Shown one piece after another: positions 11,296 through 24,525 of a stretch of DNA of 64,000 nucleotides. The first letter of the stretch is position 1; every line of letters starts with the position of its first letter. The notes beneath the pieces were generated by a model. It made no database searches. It was not told the origin of the DNA and saw only the letters and a program-made list of their open reading frames with translations. The DNA comes from Hydrogenophaga sp. (GTDB lineage: Bacteria > Pseudomonadota > Gammaproteobacteria > Burkholderiales > Burkholderiaceae_C). The position numbers and the translations under genes were made by a program. The stretch is from NCBI GenBank assembly GCA_025458915.1, contig JALORL010000004.1, forward strand, positions 1,329 to 65,328, given 5' to 3'.

Positions 11296-12084
11296 TTGAC
11301 ACGCATTCATCCCACCGCACTGGTTGATCCTGCAGCCGAACTGGAAAGCTCGGTGAGCGTTGGGCCCTACACCGTGATCGGTCCCCATGTGAAGGTTGGC
11401 CCGGGAACCACCATTGGCGCTCATTGCGTGATCGAGGGCCGGACCACCATCGGCAGAGACAACCGCATTTTTCAGTTCAATTCCATTGGAGCCGTCCCGC
11501 AGGACAAGAAATATGCGGGAGAGCCAACGGAGTTGCGGATCGGTGACCGCAATACCATCCGCGAGTTCTGCACCTTCAACCTGGGTGTGCCGGGTGCTGG
11601 TGGCATCACGACGGTGGGCGATGACAACTGGATCATGGCCTATACCCATATTGCGCACGACTGCCATGTGGCCAACCACACCACGCTGGCCAACAACACA
11701 ACCCTGGCCGGTCACGTCCACCTTGCGGACTGGGTGACTGTGGGCGGTCTCACCGGCATCCACCAGTTTGTGTCGGTGGGGGCGCACGCCATGATCGGTT
11801 TTGCGAGTGCTGTATCGCAGGACGTTCCGCCTTTCATGCTGGTGGACGGCAACCCGCTGCAGGTGCGGGGTTTGAACCAGGTCGGGCTCAAGCGCCGAGG
11901 GTTCTCTGCCGAGCGCATCGCCGCCGTGAAACAGATGCACAAGCTGCTGTACCGCCAGGGGCACACGCTGGATGTGGCGCGCATTGAAATTCAGGCGATG
12001 TCCGCCAGCCGGCCCGAGGCCGCAGCGGATGTGGAGCTCATGAGCCGGTTTCTGGCCCAGTCGACGCGCGGCATTGCCCGCTGA
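11296..12084 (+). CDS. lpxA: UDP-N-acetylglucosamine acyltransferase
   Basis: TTG start, [25 protein letters not shown]. Confidence 0.96.
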   Translation: MTRIHPTALVDPAAELESSVSVGPYTVIGPHVKVGPGTTIGAHCVIEGRTTIGRDNRIFQFNSIGAVPQDKKYAGEPTELRIGDRNTIREFCTFNLGVPGAGGITTVGDDNWIMAYTHIAHDCHVANHTTLANNTTLAGHVHLADWVTVGGLTGIHQFVSVGAHAMIGFASAVSQDVPPFMLVDGNPLQVRGLNQVGLKRRGFSAERIAAVKQMHKLLYRQGHTLDVARIEIQAMSASRPEAAADVELMSRFLAQSTRGIAR

Positions 12085-12103
12085 TGTGCACCGGAGCTTT
12101 GCT

Positions 12104-13249
12104 GTGAGTGCTCAGCACCGGTTCGCCCTGGTGGCCGGGGAAACCTCAGGCGATCTTCTTGCAGGGTTGTTGCTCCAGGGCATGCGGCGGCGTTGGCCGG
12201 GCCTGGCGGCCGTGGGCATCGGGGGCTCACGCATGATCGAACAGGGCTTTGATGCCTGGTGGCCCAGCGAGAAGCTGGCGGTGCGGGGGTATGTGGAAGT
12301 ACTCCGACACTACCGGGAAATTCTTGCAATCCGGACAAAGCTTCGGGAACGGCTGCTGACCGCACCAAAGCCCGAAGTGTTTATTGGCGTGGACGCTCCC
12401 GACTTCAACCTTGATCTGGAAGCATCCCTCAAGGCGGCGGGCGTTCCCACCGTGCACTTCGTGTGTCCCTCTGTTTGGGCCTGGCGCGCCGAGCGAATCG
12501 AAAAAATCCGGCGCAGTGTTGATCATGTGCTGTGCATTTTTCCATTCGAACCCGAGCTGTTGGCCACGCATTCGATTGCAGCCACTTACGTGGGGCACCC
12601 GCTGGCCAATGTGATTCCACTCCAGCCCGATCGGGAAAGCGCGCGCCATGCACTGGGGTTTGCGGGGGAAGACACGCTGGTGGCCATCCTGCCAGGCAGC
12701 CGTTCGTCCGAGCTGCAGTATCTGGGCCAGCGGTTTCTGGATGCTGCGGTGCTGATGAAGCGCGAGCGCCCGGACCTCCGGTTTGTGATTCCTGCGGTAC
12801 CGGCGCTGCATGCACGCTTGGCAGCGCTGGTGGACCAGAGCGGACTGGGGAGCGCAATAACCCTGGTGCAGGGTCAGTCCCATGCCGCCTTGGCTGCCTG
12901 CAACGCCACCCTGATTGCCAGCGGAACCGCCACCCTGGAAGCCGCGTTGTTCAAGCGCCCCATGGTGATTGCCTACAACATGAACTGGTTGTCCTGGCAG
13001 ATCATGCGGCGCAAGCAGCTGCAGCCTTGGGTGGGGTTGCCCAACATTCTTTGCCGGGATTCCGTTGTCCCCGAATTGCTGCAAGATCAGGCGACGCCGC
13101 AAGCGATGTCGCGTGCCGTGCTGGACTGGCTCGATGCGCCCGAACGGATCACGGCGCTGGAGACGCGTTTCACGGTCCTGCACGATGCATTGCGGCGTGA
13201 CACCGCACAGTTGGCCACCGATGCGATCGAGAAAATTCTTGCGCGCTGA
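12104..13249 (+). CDS. lpxB: Lipid-A-disaccharide synthase
   Basis: [29 protein letters not shown]. Confidence 0.95.
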   Translation: MSAQHRFALVAGETSGDLLAGLLLQGMRRRWPGLAAVGIGGSRMIEQGFDAWWPSEKLAVRGYVEVLRHYREILAIRTKLRERLLTAPKPEVFIGVDAPDFNLDLEASLKAAGVPTVHFVCPSVWAWRAERIEKIRRSVDHVLCIFPFEPELLATHSIAATYVGHPLANVIPLQPDRESARHALGFAGEDTLVAILPGSRSSELQYLGQRFLDAAVLMKRERPDLRFVIPAVPALHARLAALVDQSGLGSAITLVQGQSHAALAACNATLIASGTATLEAALFKRPMVIAYNMNWLSWQIMRRKQLQPWVGLPNILCRDSVVPELLQDQATPQAMSRAVLDWLDAPERITALETRFTVLHDALRRDTAQLATDAIEKILAR

Positions 13250-13856
13250 GCAGGCCAGCCTGCTCTGGGACGCGCCCGGGCTGATCGCCGGGGTGGACGA
13301 GGCGGGGCGGGGGCCGCTGGCCGGTCCGGTCGTCGCAGCCGCCGTCATCCTGGACGATCAAGCGCCCATTCGCGGTCTTGCGGATTCCAAGAAGCTCACC
13401 CCCTTGCGTCGCGAGCGCTTGTACGACGATATCCGCGCCCGAGCCTTGTGCTGCAGCGTCGCCGTGGCAACGGTGGAGGAGATCGATACCCTCAACATCC
13501 TTCAGGCCACCCTGCTGGCCATGCAACGGGCCGTCACAGGCCTTCGGCTGAAGCCGTCCAAGGTTCTGGTGGATGGCAACCGACTCCCCAAACTGGACAT
13601 GCTTGCCGAAGCCATCGTGTCAGGCGATGCTTTGGTACCCAGCATTTCGGCAGCGTCGATTCTGGCCAAGGTGACGCGCGATCGCCTGCTTGGGGAGTTG
13701 CATCAGCAGTACCCCGAATACGGGTTTGATCGGCACAAGGGCTATGGCACTGCCGAACACCTCAAGGCCCTGTCGCAACATGGTGCCTTGCCTGTGCATC
13801 GTCGATCGTTCGCGCCCGTGGCGCGCGTGTTGCAGGCTGGCAAGGTCGGGGGCTGA
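13221..13856 (+). CDS. rnhB: Ribonuclease HII
   Basis: [33 protein letters not shown]; start overlaps lpxB end. Confidence 0.95.
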   Translation: MRSRKFLRAEQASLLWDAPGLIAGVDEAGRGPLAGPVVAAAVILDDQAPIRGLADSKKLTPLRRERLYDDIRARALCCSVAVATVEEIDTLNILQATLLAMQRAVTGLRLKPSKVLVDGNRLPKLDMLAEAIVSGDALVPSISAASILAKVTRDRLLGELHQQYPEYGFDRHKGYGTAEHLKALSQHGALPVHRRSFAPVARVLQAGKVGG

Positions 13857-13859
13857 ACC

Positions 13860-14645
13860 ATGACTGAGCCGCAAGCTGTCACCTCGCGCGACAACCCGCT
13901 GCTCAAGCGTCTGCGCCAACTCGCTCAGGACAGCACTGCCTACCGCAAGCTCGGGCAGGTGTGGCTGGAAGGCGATCATTTGTGCAGTGCCTTGTTGTTG
14001 CGTCAACTGCAGCCGGATGTGGGGGTGTTCACTGCGTCCGGATGGCTTCACGCGTCCGCCGAACTGCGCGAAGCGGCTCGCAAGAATGTGCTCCTGCCCG
14101 ATGTCCTGATGGCCAGTGTCAGCGCACTGGAATCCCCCTCCGGCATGGGTTTCCTGTGGTCCATGCCTTCGGCGGATCGGCTGGACAGCCTGGCACCGAC
14201 CGTGGTGCTTGACCGCGTGCAGGACGCAGGCAATGTGGGGTCGATCCTGCGCAGCGCGGCCGCCTTCGGATTCACACAAGTGCTGGCCGTGAAGGGTACG
14301 GCGGCGCTGTGGTCGCCGAAGGTGGTTCGTGCCGGTATGGGAGCCCATTTCGGTCTGCGCCTTCTGGAAGGGCTGGCGCTGGATGGACTTGTGGATCTGC
14401 GGGTACCGCTGCTGGTGACCAGTTCGCACCAAGGTGATTTTCTGCACAGAGCCAGCCTGCCCTTTCCTTGCGCCTGGGTGCTGGGCCATGAAGGGCAGGG
14501 CGTGTCACCGGAGCTGTTGGTGCGCGCAACGCAGGCTATCCGGATTGCCCAGCCCGGAGGAGAGGAGTCGCTCAACGTGGCGGCAGCGGCAGCGGTGTGC
14601 CTGCATGCCAGTGCGGTTGCGGTCGCTGGTGGTGCAGGCCGGTAA
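13860..14645 (+). CDS. TrmH/SpoU family RNA methyltransferase
   Basis: DRVQDAGNVGSILRS, GHEGQGV, ESLNVAAA SPOUT motifs. Confidence 0.9.
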   Translation: MTEPQAVTSRDNPLLKRLRQLAQDSTAYRKLGQVWLEGDHLCSALLLRQLQPDVGVFTASGWLHASAELREAARKNVLLPDVLMASVSALESPSGMGFLWSMPSADRLDSLAPTVVLDRVQDAGNVGSILRSAAAFGFTQVLAVKGTAALWSPKVVRAGMGAHFGLRLLEGLALDGLVDLRVPLLVTSSHQGDFLHRASLPFPCAWVLGHEGQGVSPELLVRATQAIRIAQPGGEESLNVAAAAAVCLHASAVAVAGGAGR

Positions 14646-14710
14646 AGACATAGCGACCTCCTGCGGCTTGCGCTGGCTGGCGCAACGGGGAAGCTGATCG
14701 GGTCGAGCGC

Positions 14711-14726
14711 TATAATCCCAAGGTTT
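14711..14726 (+). promoter_or_regulatory. carA sigma70 -10 element with GTTT initial transcribed sequence
   Basis: TATAAT at 14711-14716, 6 nt, then GTTT at 14723-14726; no clear -35. Confidence 0.55.
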
Positions 14727-14887
14727 ACCCGCAATCGGCGCAACTCTCTGCGCCGCGCCCGGTCTCCAACCCAGACGCCGTGTTTTTCGAGCCGCAACAG
14801 CCTCCCGGTGCGGCTGGTTGCCACGCAACCTGGCCCTGGAGAGGCCCATGGTCCCGGCCGGCGCGCTCATCATTTCTGGAGATCTCC

Positions 14888-16048
14888 GTGCTTCCCGTCC
14901 ACCCGAAAGCCCTTCTCGCGCTAGCCGACGGCACGGTCTTTACAGGCATATCCATCGGTGCCACCGGGATGACCACTGGCGAGGTGGTGTTCAACACCTC
15001 GATGTCCGGTTATCAGGAAATCCTCACCGATCCCAGCTACTGCCAACAGATCGTCACCCTCACGTATCCCCACATAGGTAACACCGGTGTCAACGGTGAA
15101 GATGTGGAGGCCCGCCGCGTTCATGCAGCGGGACTGATCATCAAGAACTTGCCGCTGCTGGCTTCGAACTTTCGCAGCGAAGAATCGCTGTCCCAGTATC
15201 TGGTGCGCGAATCCACGGTGGCAATTGCCGACCTCGACACCCGTGCTCTCACGCGCCACCTTCGCAACCACGGTGCCCAGAACGGTGCCATTCTTGCGCT
15301 GCCCCCAGGTGAGCCCCTGACCGACAGCCACCGTACCCGCGCCGTGGCAGCCGCCCAGGCGGCGCCGAGCATGAGCGGACAGGACCTGGCCAAGGTGGTC
15401 AGCACCGATGCGCCCTACCCCTGGACCCAGACCGAGTGGCAACTCGGGTTTGGCTACGGTGAACAGATCGCGCCCCGTTTTCACGTGGTGGCGTATGACT
15501 TCGGTGTGAAGTTCAACATCTTGCGCATGCTGAGCGCACGCGGTTGCAAGATCACCGTGGTGCCGGCACAGACGCCAGCCTCTGACGTGTTCAAGCTGAA
15601 GCCGAACGGGGTTTTCCTGTCGAACGGCCCTGGCGATCCGGAGCCCTGTGATTACGCCATCGCCGCAACGCGCGAAATCATCGACGCCGGCGTGCCCACC
15701 TTCGGCATCTGCCTGGGGCACCAGATCATGGCATTGGCCAGCGGTGCGAAAACCTTCAAGATGAAGTTCGGTCACCACGGAGCCAACCACCCGGTCAAGG
15801 ATCTGGACAACGGTCGGGTCAGCATCACCAGCCAGAACCACGGTTTTGCGGTCGATGAAAAAAGTCTGCCCGAGAACCTGCGCGCCACGCACATCAGCCT
15901 GTTTGACGGCACGCTGCAGGGTCTTGCCCGGACCGACAAGCCGGCGTTCTGCTTCCAGGGCCACCCGGAAGCGTCCCCCGGCCCGCACGACATTGCCTAC
16001 CTGTTCGACCGCTTCATCGGGCTGATGCACGCCCGTTCGGCCGCTTGA
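14888..16048 (+). CDS. carA: Carbamoyl-phosphate synthase small subunit
   Basis: [39 protein letters not shown]. Confidence 0.97.
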   Translation: MLPVHPKALLALADGTVFTGISIGATGMTTGEVVFNTSMSGYQEILTDPSYCQQIVTLTYPHIGNTGVNGEDVEARRVHAAGLIIKNLPLLASNFRSEESLSQYLVRESTVAIADLDTRALTRHLRNHGAQNGAILALPPGEPLTDSHRTRAVAAAQAAPSMSGQDLAKVVSTDAPYPWTQTEWQLGFGYGEQIAPRFHVVAYDFGVKFNILRMLSARGCKITVVPAQTPASDVFKLKPNGVFLSNGPGDPEPCDYAIAATREIIDAGVPTFGICLGHQIMALASGAKTFKMKFGHHGANHPVKDLDNGRVSITSQNHGFAVDEKSLPENLRATHISLFDGTLQGLARTDKPAFCFQGHPEASPGPHDIAYLFDRFIGLMHARSAA

Positions 16049-16072
16049 ACCCCATTACCCGGTGACCCACCC

Positions 16073-16435
16073 ATGAAGCTTTTCAGTTTTCCGGTGTTCG
16101 CAGTGGAGAAGGCGATCTCCAAGCGCATGCTGACCCTGGAAGTCCCACACAAGGATTGGTTCGCGCAGCGCTGGTCCCAAAAGCCCTACCGCAAGGCGTT
16201 TCTGGAAAACAAGGCCATGCCGCTGGTGACGCTGCTCGCCAAGGGAAAGACCTGGGACGACGAAACCTTCAACGCCGAGATGAGCGCCTGGGATGCGAGC
16301 TTTTACCCGGCTGAAGTCGAGGTGCTGCGGCCCATCATTGAAGGCGACGGCCTGCTGCAGCTGATGCAGAAAAACGTTCCTGCCGAGCGCGTCCAGGCGC
16401 TGTTGAACAAACTGGAAACCCAGCGGCAGGCCTGA
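16073..16435 (+). CDS. Hypothetical protein (120 aa) between carA and carB
   Basis: Clean ATG ORF filling the gap, codon usage like neighbours; no recognised motif. Confidence 0.75.
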   Translation: MKLFSFPVFAVEKAISKRMLTLEVPHKDWFAQRWSQKPYRKAFLENKAMPLVTLLAKGKTWDDETFNAEMSAWDASFYPAEVEVLRPIIEGDGLLQLMQKNVPAERVQALLNKLETQRQA

Positions 16436-16461
16436 GCGGTCTGCGCACACACGAGCGAAAC

Positions 16462-19719
<3,258 letters not shown>

Positions 19720-19774
19720 AAGCAGGCGCCTCGCCCAGGTCCCGTCTGTGGACCACAGGCGGGCAACTGGCGGG

Positions 19775-19853
19775 TTGAAACGCCGGTTTCTTTCGCGGCA
19801 TAATGGGTGCCATTCACACACCGCCGAGCGGCAACGCCCGGCGGTTTGCTTTT
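19775..19853 (+). promoter_or_regulatory. greA promoter and leader terminator hairpin
   Basis: TTGAAA-18 nt-CATAAT; hairpin ACCGCCGAGCG-GCAA-CGCCCGGCGGT then TTGCTTTT before the RBS. Confidence 0.6.
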
Positions 19854-19867
19854 GGAGACCCGAAACC

Positions 19868-20344
19868 ATGTCCACGCTCCCCATCACCAAACGCGGTGCC
19901 GAAAAGCTCAAGGAAGAACTGCACCGACTCAAGACGGTCGACCGGCCCTGGGTGATCAACGCCATTGCCGAAGCCCGCGCCCAGGGGGACCTGAGCGAGA
20001 ACGCCGAATACGACGCTGCCAAGGACCGGCAAGGCTTCATCGAAGGACGCATTGCAGAGATCGAGGGCAAGCTCTCGGCGGCCCAGATCATCGACCCTTC
20101 CGCGGTGGATGCAGGTGGTCGCGTGGTGTTCGGTGCCACGGTGGAACTGGAAGACGAAGAGAGTGGCACGGCGGTGACGTATCAGATCGTGGGTGAAGAC
20201 GAGGCCGACCTCAAGCAGGGACTGATCAACGTCAGCAGCCCGATTGCCCGTGCGCTGATCGGCAAGGAAGAGGGCGACGTTGCCGAGGTGCAGGCGCCAG
20301 GGGGCACGCGACGTTACGAAATCGTGGCGGTGCGCTACGTTTGA
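19868..20344 (+). CDS. greA: Transcription elongation factor GreA
   Basis: [24 protein letters not shown]. Confidence 0.96.
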   Translation: MSTLPITKRGAEKLKEELHRLKTVDRPWVINAIAEARAQGDLSENAEYDAAKDRQGFIEGRIAEIEGKLSAAQIIDPSAVDAGGRVVFGATVELEDEESGTAVTYQIVGEDEADLKQGLINVSSPIARALIGKEEGDVAEVQAPGGTRRYEIVAVRYV

Positions 20345-20362
20345 GCCGGGGCGGGCAACTCC

Positions 20363-20815
20363 ATGCAGCGTGTCGCGCTCATGCTGGCTGCCCTGTGGTG
20401 GGGTGGCATTTCCGGATTGAGTTTCCTGGCGGTGCCTGTGCTGTTTGCCAGGCTGGGAGCGCCCGTTGCTGGCCCGGTGGCTGCGCAGCTGTTTTCCTTC
20501 CAGTGCTGGGCGGGCATTCTGATTGGCCTGGCTTTGCTGCTGGTCTTCAAGGCACAGCGACCGCGTGGCGGCGCGGCACCAGACGAGGAGCGGCTGGCGC
20601 TCAATGGTGCTGTGCTCGGCAACATGGGGTTCGTGCTCCTGGCAATGTTGCTCGCCATGGTGCAGGAATTCGGTGTTGCCCAGAAGATCGTCACGGCGCG
20701 GGCAATGGGCGGCAATCTGCAGCTGTTGCACACCTTGGGCAGTGCAATGGTGCTGGGGCAGTGGCTGTGTGCCGGAGTTTTGGTGTGGCGCACATCCATG
20801 CCCACTGGCCGCTGA
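20363..20815 (+). CDS. DUF4149/TMEM205-like four-TM membrane protein
   Basis: FLAVPVLFARL..AGPVAAQLF, four hydrophobic segments, late His; position after greA. Confidence 0.75.
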   Translation: MQRVALMLAALWWGGISGLSFLAVPVLFARLGAPVAGPVAAQLFSFQCWAGILIGLALLLVFKAQRPRGGAAPDEERLALNGAVLGNMGFVLLAMLLAMVQEFGVAQKIVTARAMGGNLQLLHTLGSAMVLGQWLCAGVLVWRTSMPTGR

Positions 20816-20848
20816 GCAAGATCGCGCTCCGCGGGCCTGCACCGCCGT

Positions 20849-21484
20849 TCACAGTTCGAGAATGATCTGGCCGTTGCCGCGCTGGGGCTTTTCGTGCCCG
20901 GTCATCAACCAGCAAGTGTCCCCTTCCTGGGCAAGCTCCGCCACGATGTCCTGGAGCGCGCGGGCCGAAGGGGCGTCCAGCGCGGCAAAAGGCTGATCCA
21001 TCAGCACCAGCGGGGCACCCGAGGCGATGGCAGCCGCCCACCATACCTTGCGACGGCTGCCGGTGGAGAGCATGTACAGCGGCTTTTCCACGTGATCCTG
21101 GAGTGAGAACGCGTCGATCAGCATCGGCAGATGGCTTGCCTGAAAGGCAGGGTAGGTACGTTCCAGACTGCTCCAGTAGGCGCGGGCGTTGAGCGCGTGG
21201 TGCGCATCGGTCTGTGGATCGATCCAGAATACCTGCTCCCGATAACGGTCGGGCTGTTCATGCAGGGACACACCGGCCACGCTGCATGTCCCACCTTGCA
21301 GCACCAGGGCTCCGCCGAGCAAGGCCAGCAAAGTGCTCTTGCCACACCCTTCGTCACCAACGATCCATCCCAGGCCAGGGTGCGCATCAAACGACAGACC
21401 GTTGAACAACGGTCGCCCGGGCCAGGCGTGGCTGAGGTTGCGCACCGCAAGCACAGGGGATTTTGCAGAGTCTGGGTGCCGCAA
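20849..21484 (-). CDS. Stand-alone ABC-type ATPase (CcmA-like size), degenerate motifs
   Basis: Walker A GDEGCGKST, signature LSTGS, Walker B LVLMDQP. Confidence 0.8.
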   Translation of the reverse strand: MRHPDSAKSPVLAVRNLSHAWPGRPLFNGLSFDAHPGLGWIVGDEGCGKSTLLALLGGALVLQGGTCSVAGVSLHEQPDRYREQVFWIDPQTDAHHALNARAYWSSLERTYPAFQASHLPMLIDAFSLQDHVEKPLYMLSTGSRRKVWWAAAIASGAPLVLMDQPFAALDAPSARALQDIVAELAQEGDTCWLMTGHEKPQRGNGQIILEL

Positions 21485-21494
21485 TGGGGTTGCC

Positions 21495-22172
21495 TCAATA
21501 CCCGATGCTGTAGCGCGTGCCCTCGAAGCTGAGAACAGCGTTGCGGGGGCCGATCGTTTCCAGCTTCAGGCCTGGCGCGACGTCTTCGCCTTCCTGAACC
21601 ATCTTGCCGTTGGCAATCAGGGTGCGCTGCGCGGGGTTGCTGGAATAGGTGGATCCGCTGATGTTCACCTGGGGTAGGCGGGCGCGGAAATCGGCTGGCA
21701 GATCTGCGAATCTTCGCACCGGTGCTTCAGCGGGGATGGGCGGGGCCGCCGCCGCAGCGGTTGAGCTGGAAGCATCCACGAGGCTGCCCGGTTTGGAGCC
21801 CGCGGCTGCCGTGGCGGGAGTGGTTCGAGATGGATTTGCGGCTGCTGGCGTGGCTGGCGGCGCAGGGGGCGTGGCGCCACCGCAACGGGCGCGGGCAACG
21901 GTGTCGTGGCAGGAGTGCTGGAGGCTGCGTCGGTAACGCCGTGCCCGGAAGGAATGCCCGGGCCCTGGATGAGGCGGGTGTCTTCTGCCGGAGCGCGTCC
22001 GAGAACGGACCAGCCTGCATAGGCTGCCAACAGCGCGCCGATCAGCAAGCCAGCGGCGGTCTCGCGTGTGCAGCCCACCGGGGAGGTTCTGGCTGTGCAG
22101 GCCTGGCACATGGCCGCGCTCCCGCTCGCGTTCGGTGTCGGCGCGTTTCAGTGCGTCAAGGATGTAGGACAT
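21495..22172 (-). CDS. gspB: GspB/ExeB family protein with apparent compensating internal frameshifts
   Basis: N-term MSYILDALKRAD and C-term GspB domain (ISGSTYS..IANG..EG); expected TM segment only in +1 frame. Confidence 0.75.
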   Translation of the reverse strand: MSYILDALKRADTERERERGHVPGLHSQNLPGGLHTRDRRWLADRRAVGSLCRLVRSRTRSGRRHPPHPGPGHSFRARRYRRSLQHSCHDTVARARCGGATPPAPPATPAAANPSRTTPATAAAGSKPGSLVDASSSTAAAAAPPIPAEAPVRRFADLPADFRARLPQVNISGSTYSSNPAQRTLIANGKMVQEGEDVAPGLKLETIGPRNAVLSFEGTRYSIGY

Positions 22173-22180
22173 GGTGGAAT

Positions 22181-23911
22181 TCAGGTGGCGGGCTGCTTGA
22201 GGCGTGGCTCGTTCACCCCACCGATCCGGTTGAGCTGCATGAAGGTCATGGGGCCTGGAATGCCGTCGGTTTCCAGACCCTGGCTGCGCTGGAAGGTTTC
22301 GATCCGGGTTGTCAGGCTCAGTGTTGCGGCGTACTGCGGTTGAGTGGCGCTCAAGCGATCGAACTGAGCCCGCAACCAGTCGCCGGCCGGGCCGGTGTCG
22401 CCCTGGCGCAGTTCGCCCTCGTGTCCAGGCGGGAGCCGCCACAGGGTGGCGTACTCGCCACGCCAGATGTCAGCGAGCACCGTGAGCGGCAATTGCCATG
22501 TCTGCTCACCGGCGCGCAGGGTCGCAGAGTCGGATGCGATGGCTGTGAGCAAGGCCCAGCGTACATCCTCGCCGGGCAGGTACAGCGCCAGGGCGGCAGG
22601 CCGGTCCATCTGGCCCAGGCCATTGACAGTCATGCGATTGGTCCGGAAGCACTGGAGCTGGCTGCGCAGGGCGCTCTCACAAGGGTCGGAGCCGTCGAGG
22701 GTTACGTTCCACAGTCCCGCCAGCCCTCGAATGCCGGCGCGTTCGTTGGTTAGCAGCGCCGCGGGTGCGGGCAGCCGGCTCGACGGGGCGATTGTTTCGC
22801 CCACAGGAGCAACTTCCGGCATCGCCACTGGGGGTGCTGCAGGGTCCGCCGGGACAGACGGTGCAGCCGCCCCTCCAGAGCTTGGCATCGGAGTGGCGGA
22901 CAGGGCGGCGGGCGGCTGCAAGGCGCTGGCAGGCGAAGCGGGAGTGCTCACCGGCACACCCGTCCTGGGCCACAACCAGAACAGGGCGGCTGCTGCGACC
23001 CCGCCACCCAGAGCGCCCAGCAGCAGAGTTCTCACGCCGGCGCTGAGCCAGGGCTGACCTGCTGGAGGCGATGTGCTTTTCGACGCCTGATCGGCTTCGA
23101 AGACTTCGCCAGCGGCTTTTTCCACCACGGCTTCGTCAACGCGGGGCAGTCCGTTGGCATAGGCGCCCAGCAGGGAGCGGTCGCATAACAGATTGATACG
23201 TCTGGGAACACCTCGGGTGATCGCATGGATGCGTTTGACTGCTGCCCCAGAAAACGGCATGGGTCCCCGAAGGCCACCAATCCCCATCCGGTGCTGGATG
23301 TACTGCCCGGTCTCGGTCTCGGTGAGCGCTTCCAGGTGGAACCGGGCGATCACTCGCTGAGCGAGTTGTTCAAGTTCAGGGCGCGCCACCATCTGTCTCA
23401 GCTCCGGCTGGCCAATCAGGATCACCTGAAGCAACTTGCGCTCAGGCGTTTCCAGGTTGGTGAGCAGGCGCAGTTGTTCCAGCACATGGGGCGTGAGGTT
23501 TTGCGCCTCATCGATGATGAGGATGTTCTGCTGGCCCTGGGCGTGGCTGGCCAGCAGGTACTCGTTCAGGGGATCGAGGTGGTCTTTGATGGTGGCCGGC
23601 CCTGTGCCAGATGCCTGCACCGGTATCTGGAATTCGTGGCAAATGGTCTTGAGCAGGTCGGAAACCGTCAGCTTCGGGTTGAAGATGTAGGCCACCCGGC
23701 AGTGTTCGGGCATCTGTTCCAGGAAGCACCGGCAGATGGTGGTCTTCCCGGCGCCGATTTCGCCGCTCAGCAGCACGAATCCACCACCACCGCGGATGCC
23801 GTACAGAAGATGAGCGAGCGCCTCCCGGTGGCGCTCGCTCATGAACAGATAGTGCGGGTCAGGAGCGATGGAGAATGGCTCCTGCTTCAGACCAAAGTAT
23901 TCGGCGTACAT
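22181..23911 (-). CDS. ExeA/GspA family AAA ATPase with C-terminal peptidoglycan-binding domain
   Basis: MYAEYFGLKQEPFSIAPDP, GEIGAGKTT, IIDEAQ, TM helix, FQRSQGLETDGIPGPMT. Confidence 0.92.
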   Translation of the reverse strand: MYAEYFGLKQEPFSIAPDPHYLFMSERHREALAHLLYGIRGGGGFVLLSGEIGAGKTTICRCFLEQMPEHCRVAYIFNPKLTVSDLLKTICHEFQIPVQASGTGPATIKDHLDPLNEYLLASHAQGQQNILIIDEAQNLTPHVLEQLRLLTNLETPERKLLQVILIGQPELRQMVARPELEQLAQRVIARFHLEALTETETGQYIQHRMGIGGLRGPMPFSGAAVKRIHAITRGVPRRINLLCDRSLLGAYANGLPRVDEAVVEKAAGEVFEADQASKSTSPPAGQPWLSAGVRTLLLGALGGGVAAAALFWLWPRTGVPVSTPASPASALQPPAALSATPMPSSGGAAAPSVPADPAAPPVAMPEVAPVGETIAPSSRLPAPAALLTNERAGIRGLAGLWNVTLDGSDPCESALRSQLQCFRTNRMTVNGLGQMDRPAALALYLPGEDVRWALLTAIASDSATLRAGEQTWQLPLTVLADIWRGEYATLWRLPPGHEGELRQGDTGPAGDWLRAQFDRLSATQPQYAATLSLTTRIETFQRSQGLETDGIPGPMTFMQLNRIGGVNEPRLKQPAT

Positions 23912-23988
23912 GCCCGGAGCATACCGGTGCCGCAAGGCGCCATCAACGGTATCCGGCTGGCCTGGTCCGGATGCCGAGGGGAGGGTGG

Positions 23989-24525
23989 TCAGGCGGCCAG
24001 TGCCATCGACGGCTTGCTGGTGGAGCGGCTGGTGGACACCGTGCACTCGATGTCGCCGGAGAGCTGCCCGCCTTCTTCGATGACAACCTTGCCGTAGCGG
24101 ATTTTGCCGGTAACCTTGCCCGAGGAATAAATCACCAGCTTCTGCCGCACGGTGAGGTTGCCGTCGAAAACGCCGCGGATTTCGGCAATGTCGATTTCTG
24201 CCGAGCCCTTGAACTCACCCTGCTGCGCAATCTGGATCACGCGCGAGTCCATGGTGGCCTCCACGAGGCCTTCCACCACGAGCGTGTCGCAATCGGTGAT
24301 TTCCACGCCCTTGAGCTTGATGTTCGGACCGACCGTGAGCTTGCTGCCGCCTTCGGATGCGGCGGTGGCAGTGGTGGCAGCTGGCGTGGTGGCCGGCGCT
24401 GCGGGTTCGGGGTTGGCCGGAGGCTGCGAAGCGCTCGGGGAAGCCGCCCCATAGCGCGGGGCAGCCATTCCGCTGCTCAGGGGTTTGGGTTGTTCGGTTT
24501 CGCGTTTGCCGAAATGCAGTGCCAT
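23989..24525 (-). CDS. Bactofilin (polymer-forming cytoskeletal protein)
   Basis: LTVGPNIKLKG..LVVEGLVEA..GKVTGKIRYGKVVIEEGGQLSG beta-helix after a Pro/Ala linker. Confidence 0.9.
   Translation of the reverse strand: MALHFGKRETEQPKPLSSGMAAPRYGAASPSASQPPANPEPAAPATTPAATTATAASEGGSKLTVGPNIKLKGVEITDCDTLVVEGLVEATMDSRVIQIAQQGEFKGSAEIDIAEIRGVFDGNLTVRQKLVIYSSGKVTGKIRYGKVVIEEGGQLSGDIECTVSTSRSTSKPSMALAA

Noticed and set aside
21800-22085. Programmed ribosomal frameshifting in gspB
   Set aside because: It would need two opposite shifts and no slippery heptamer with downstream structure was seen; indels are more parsimonious.
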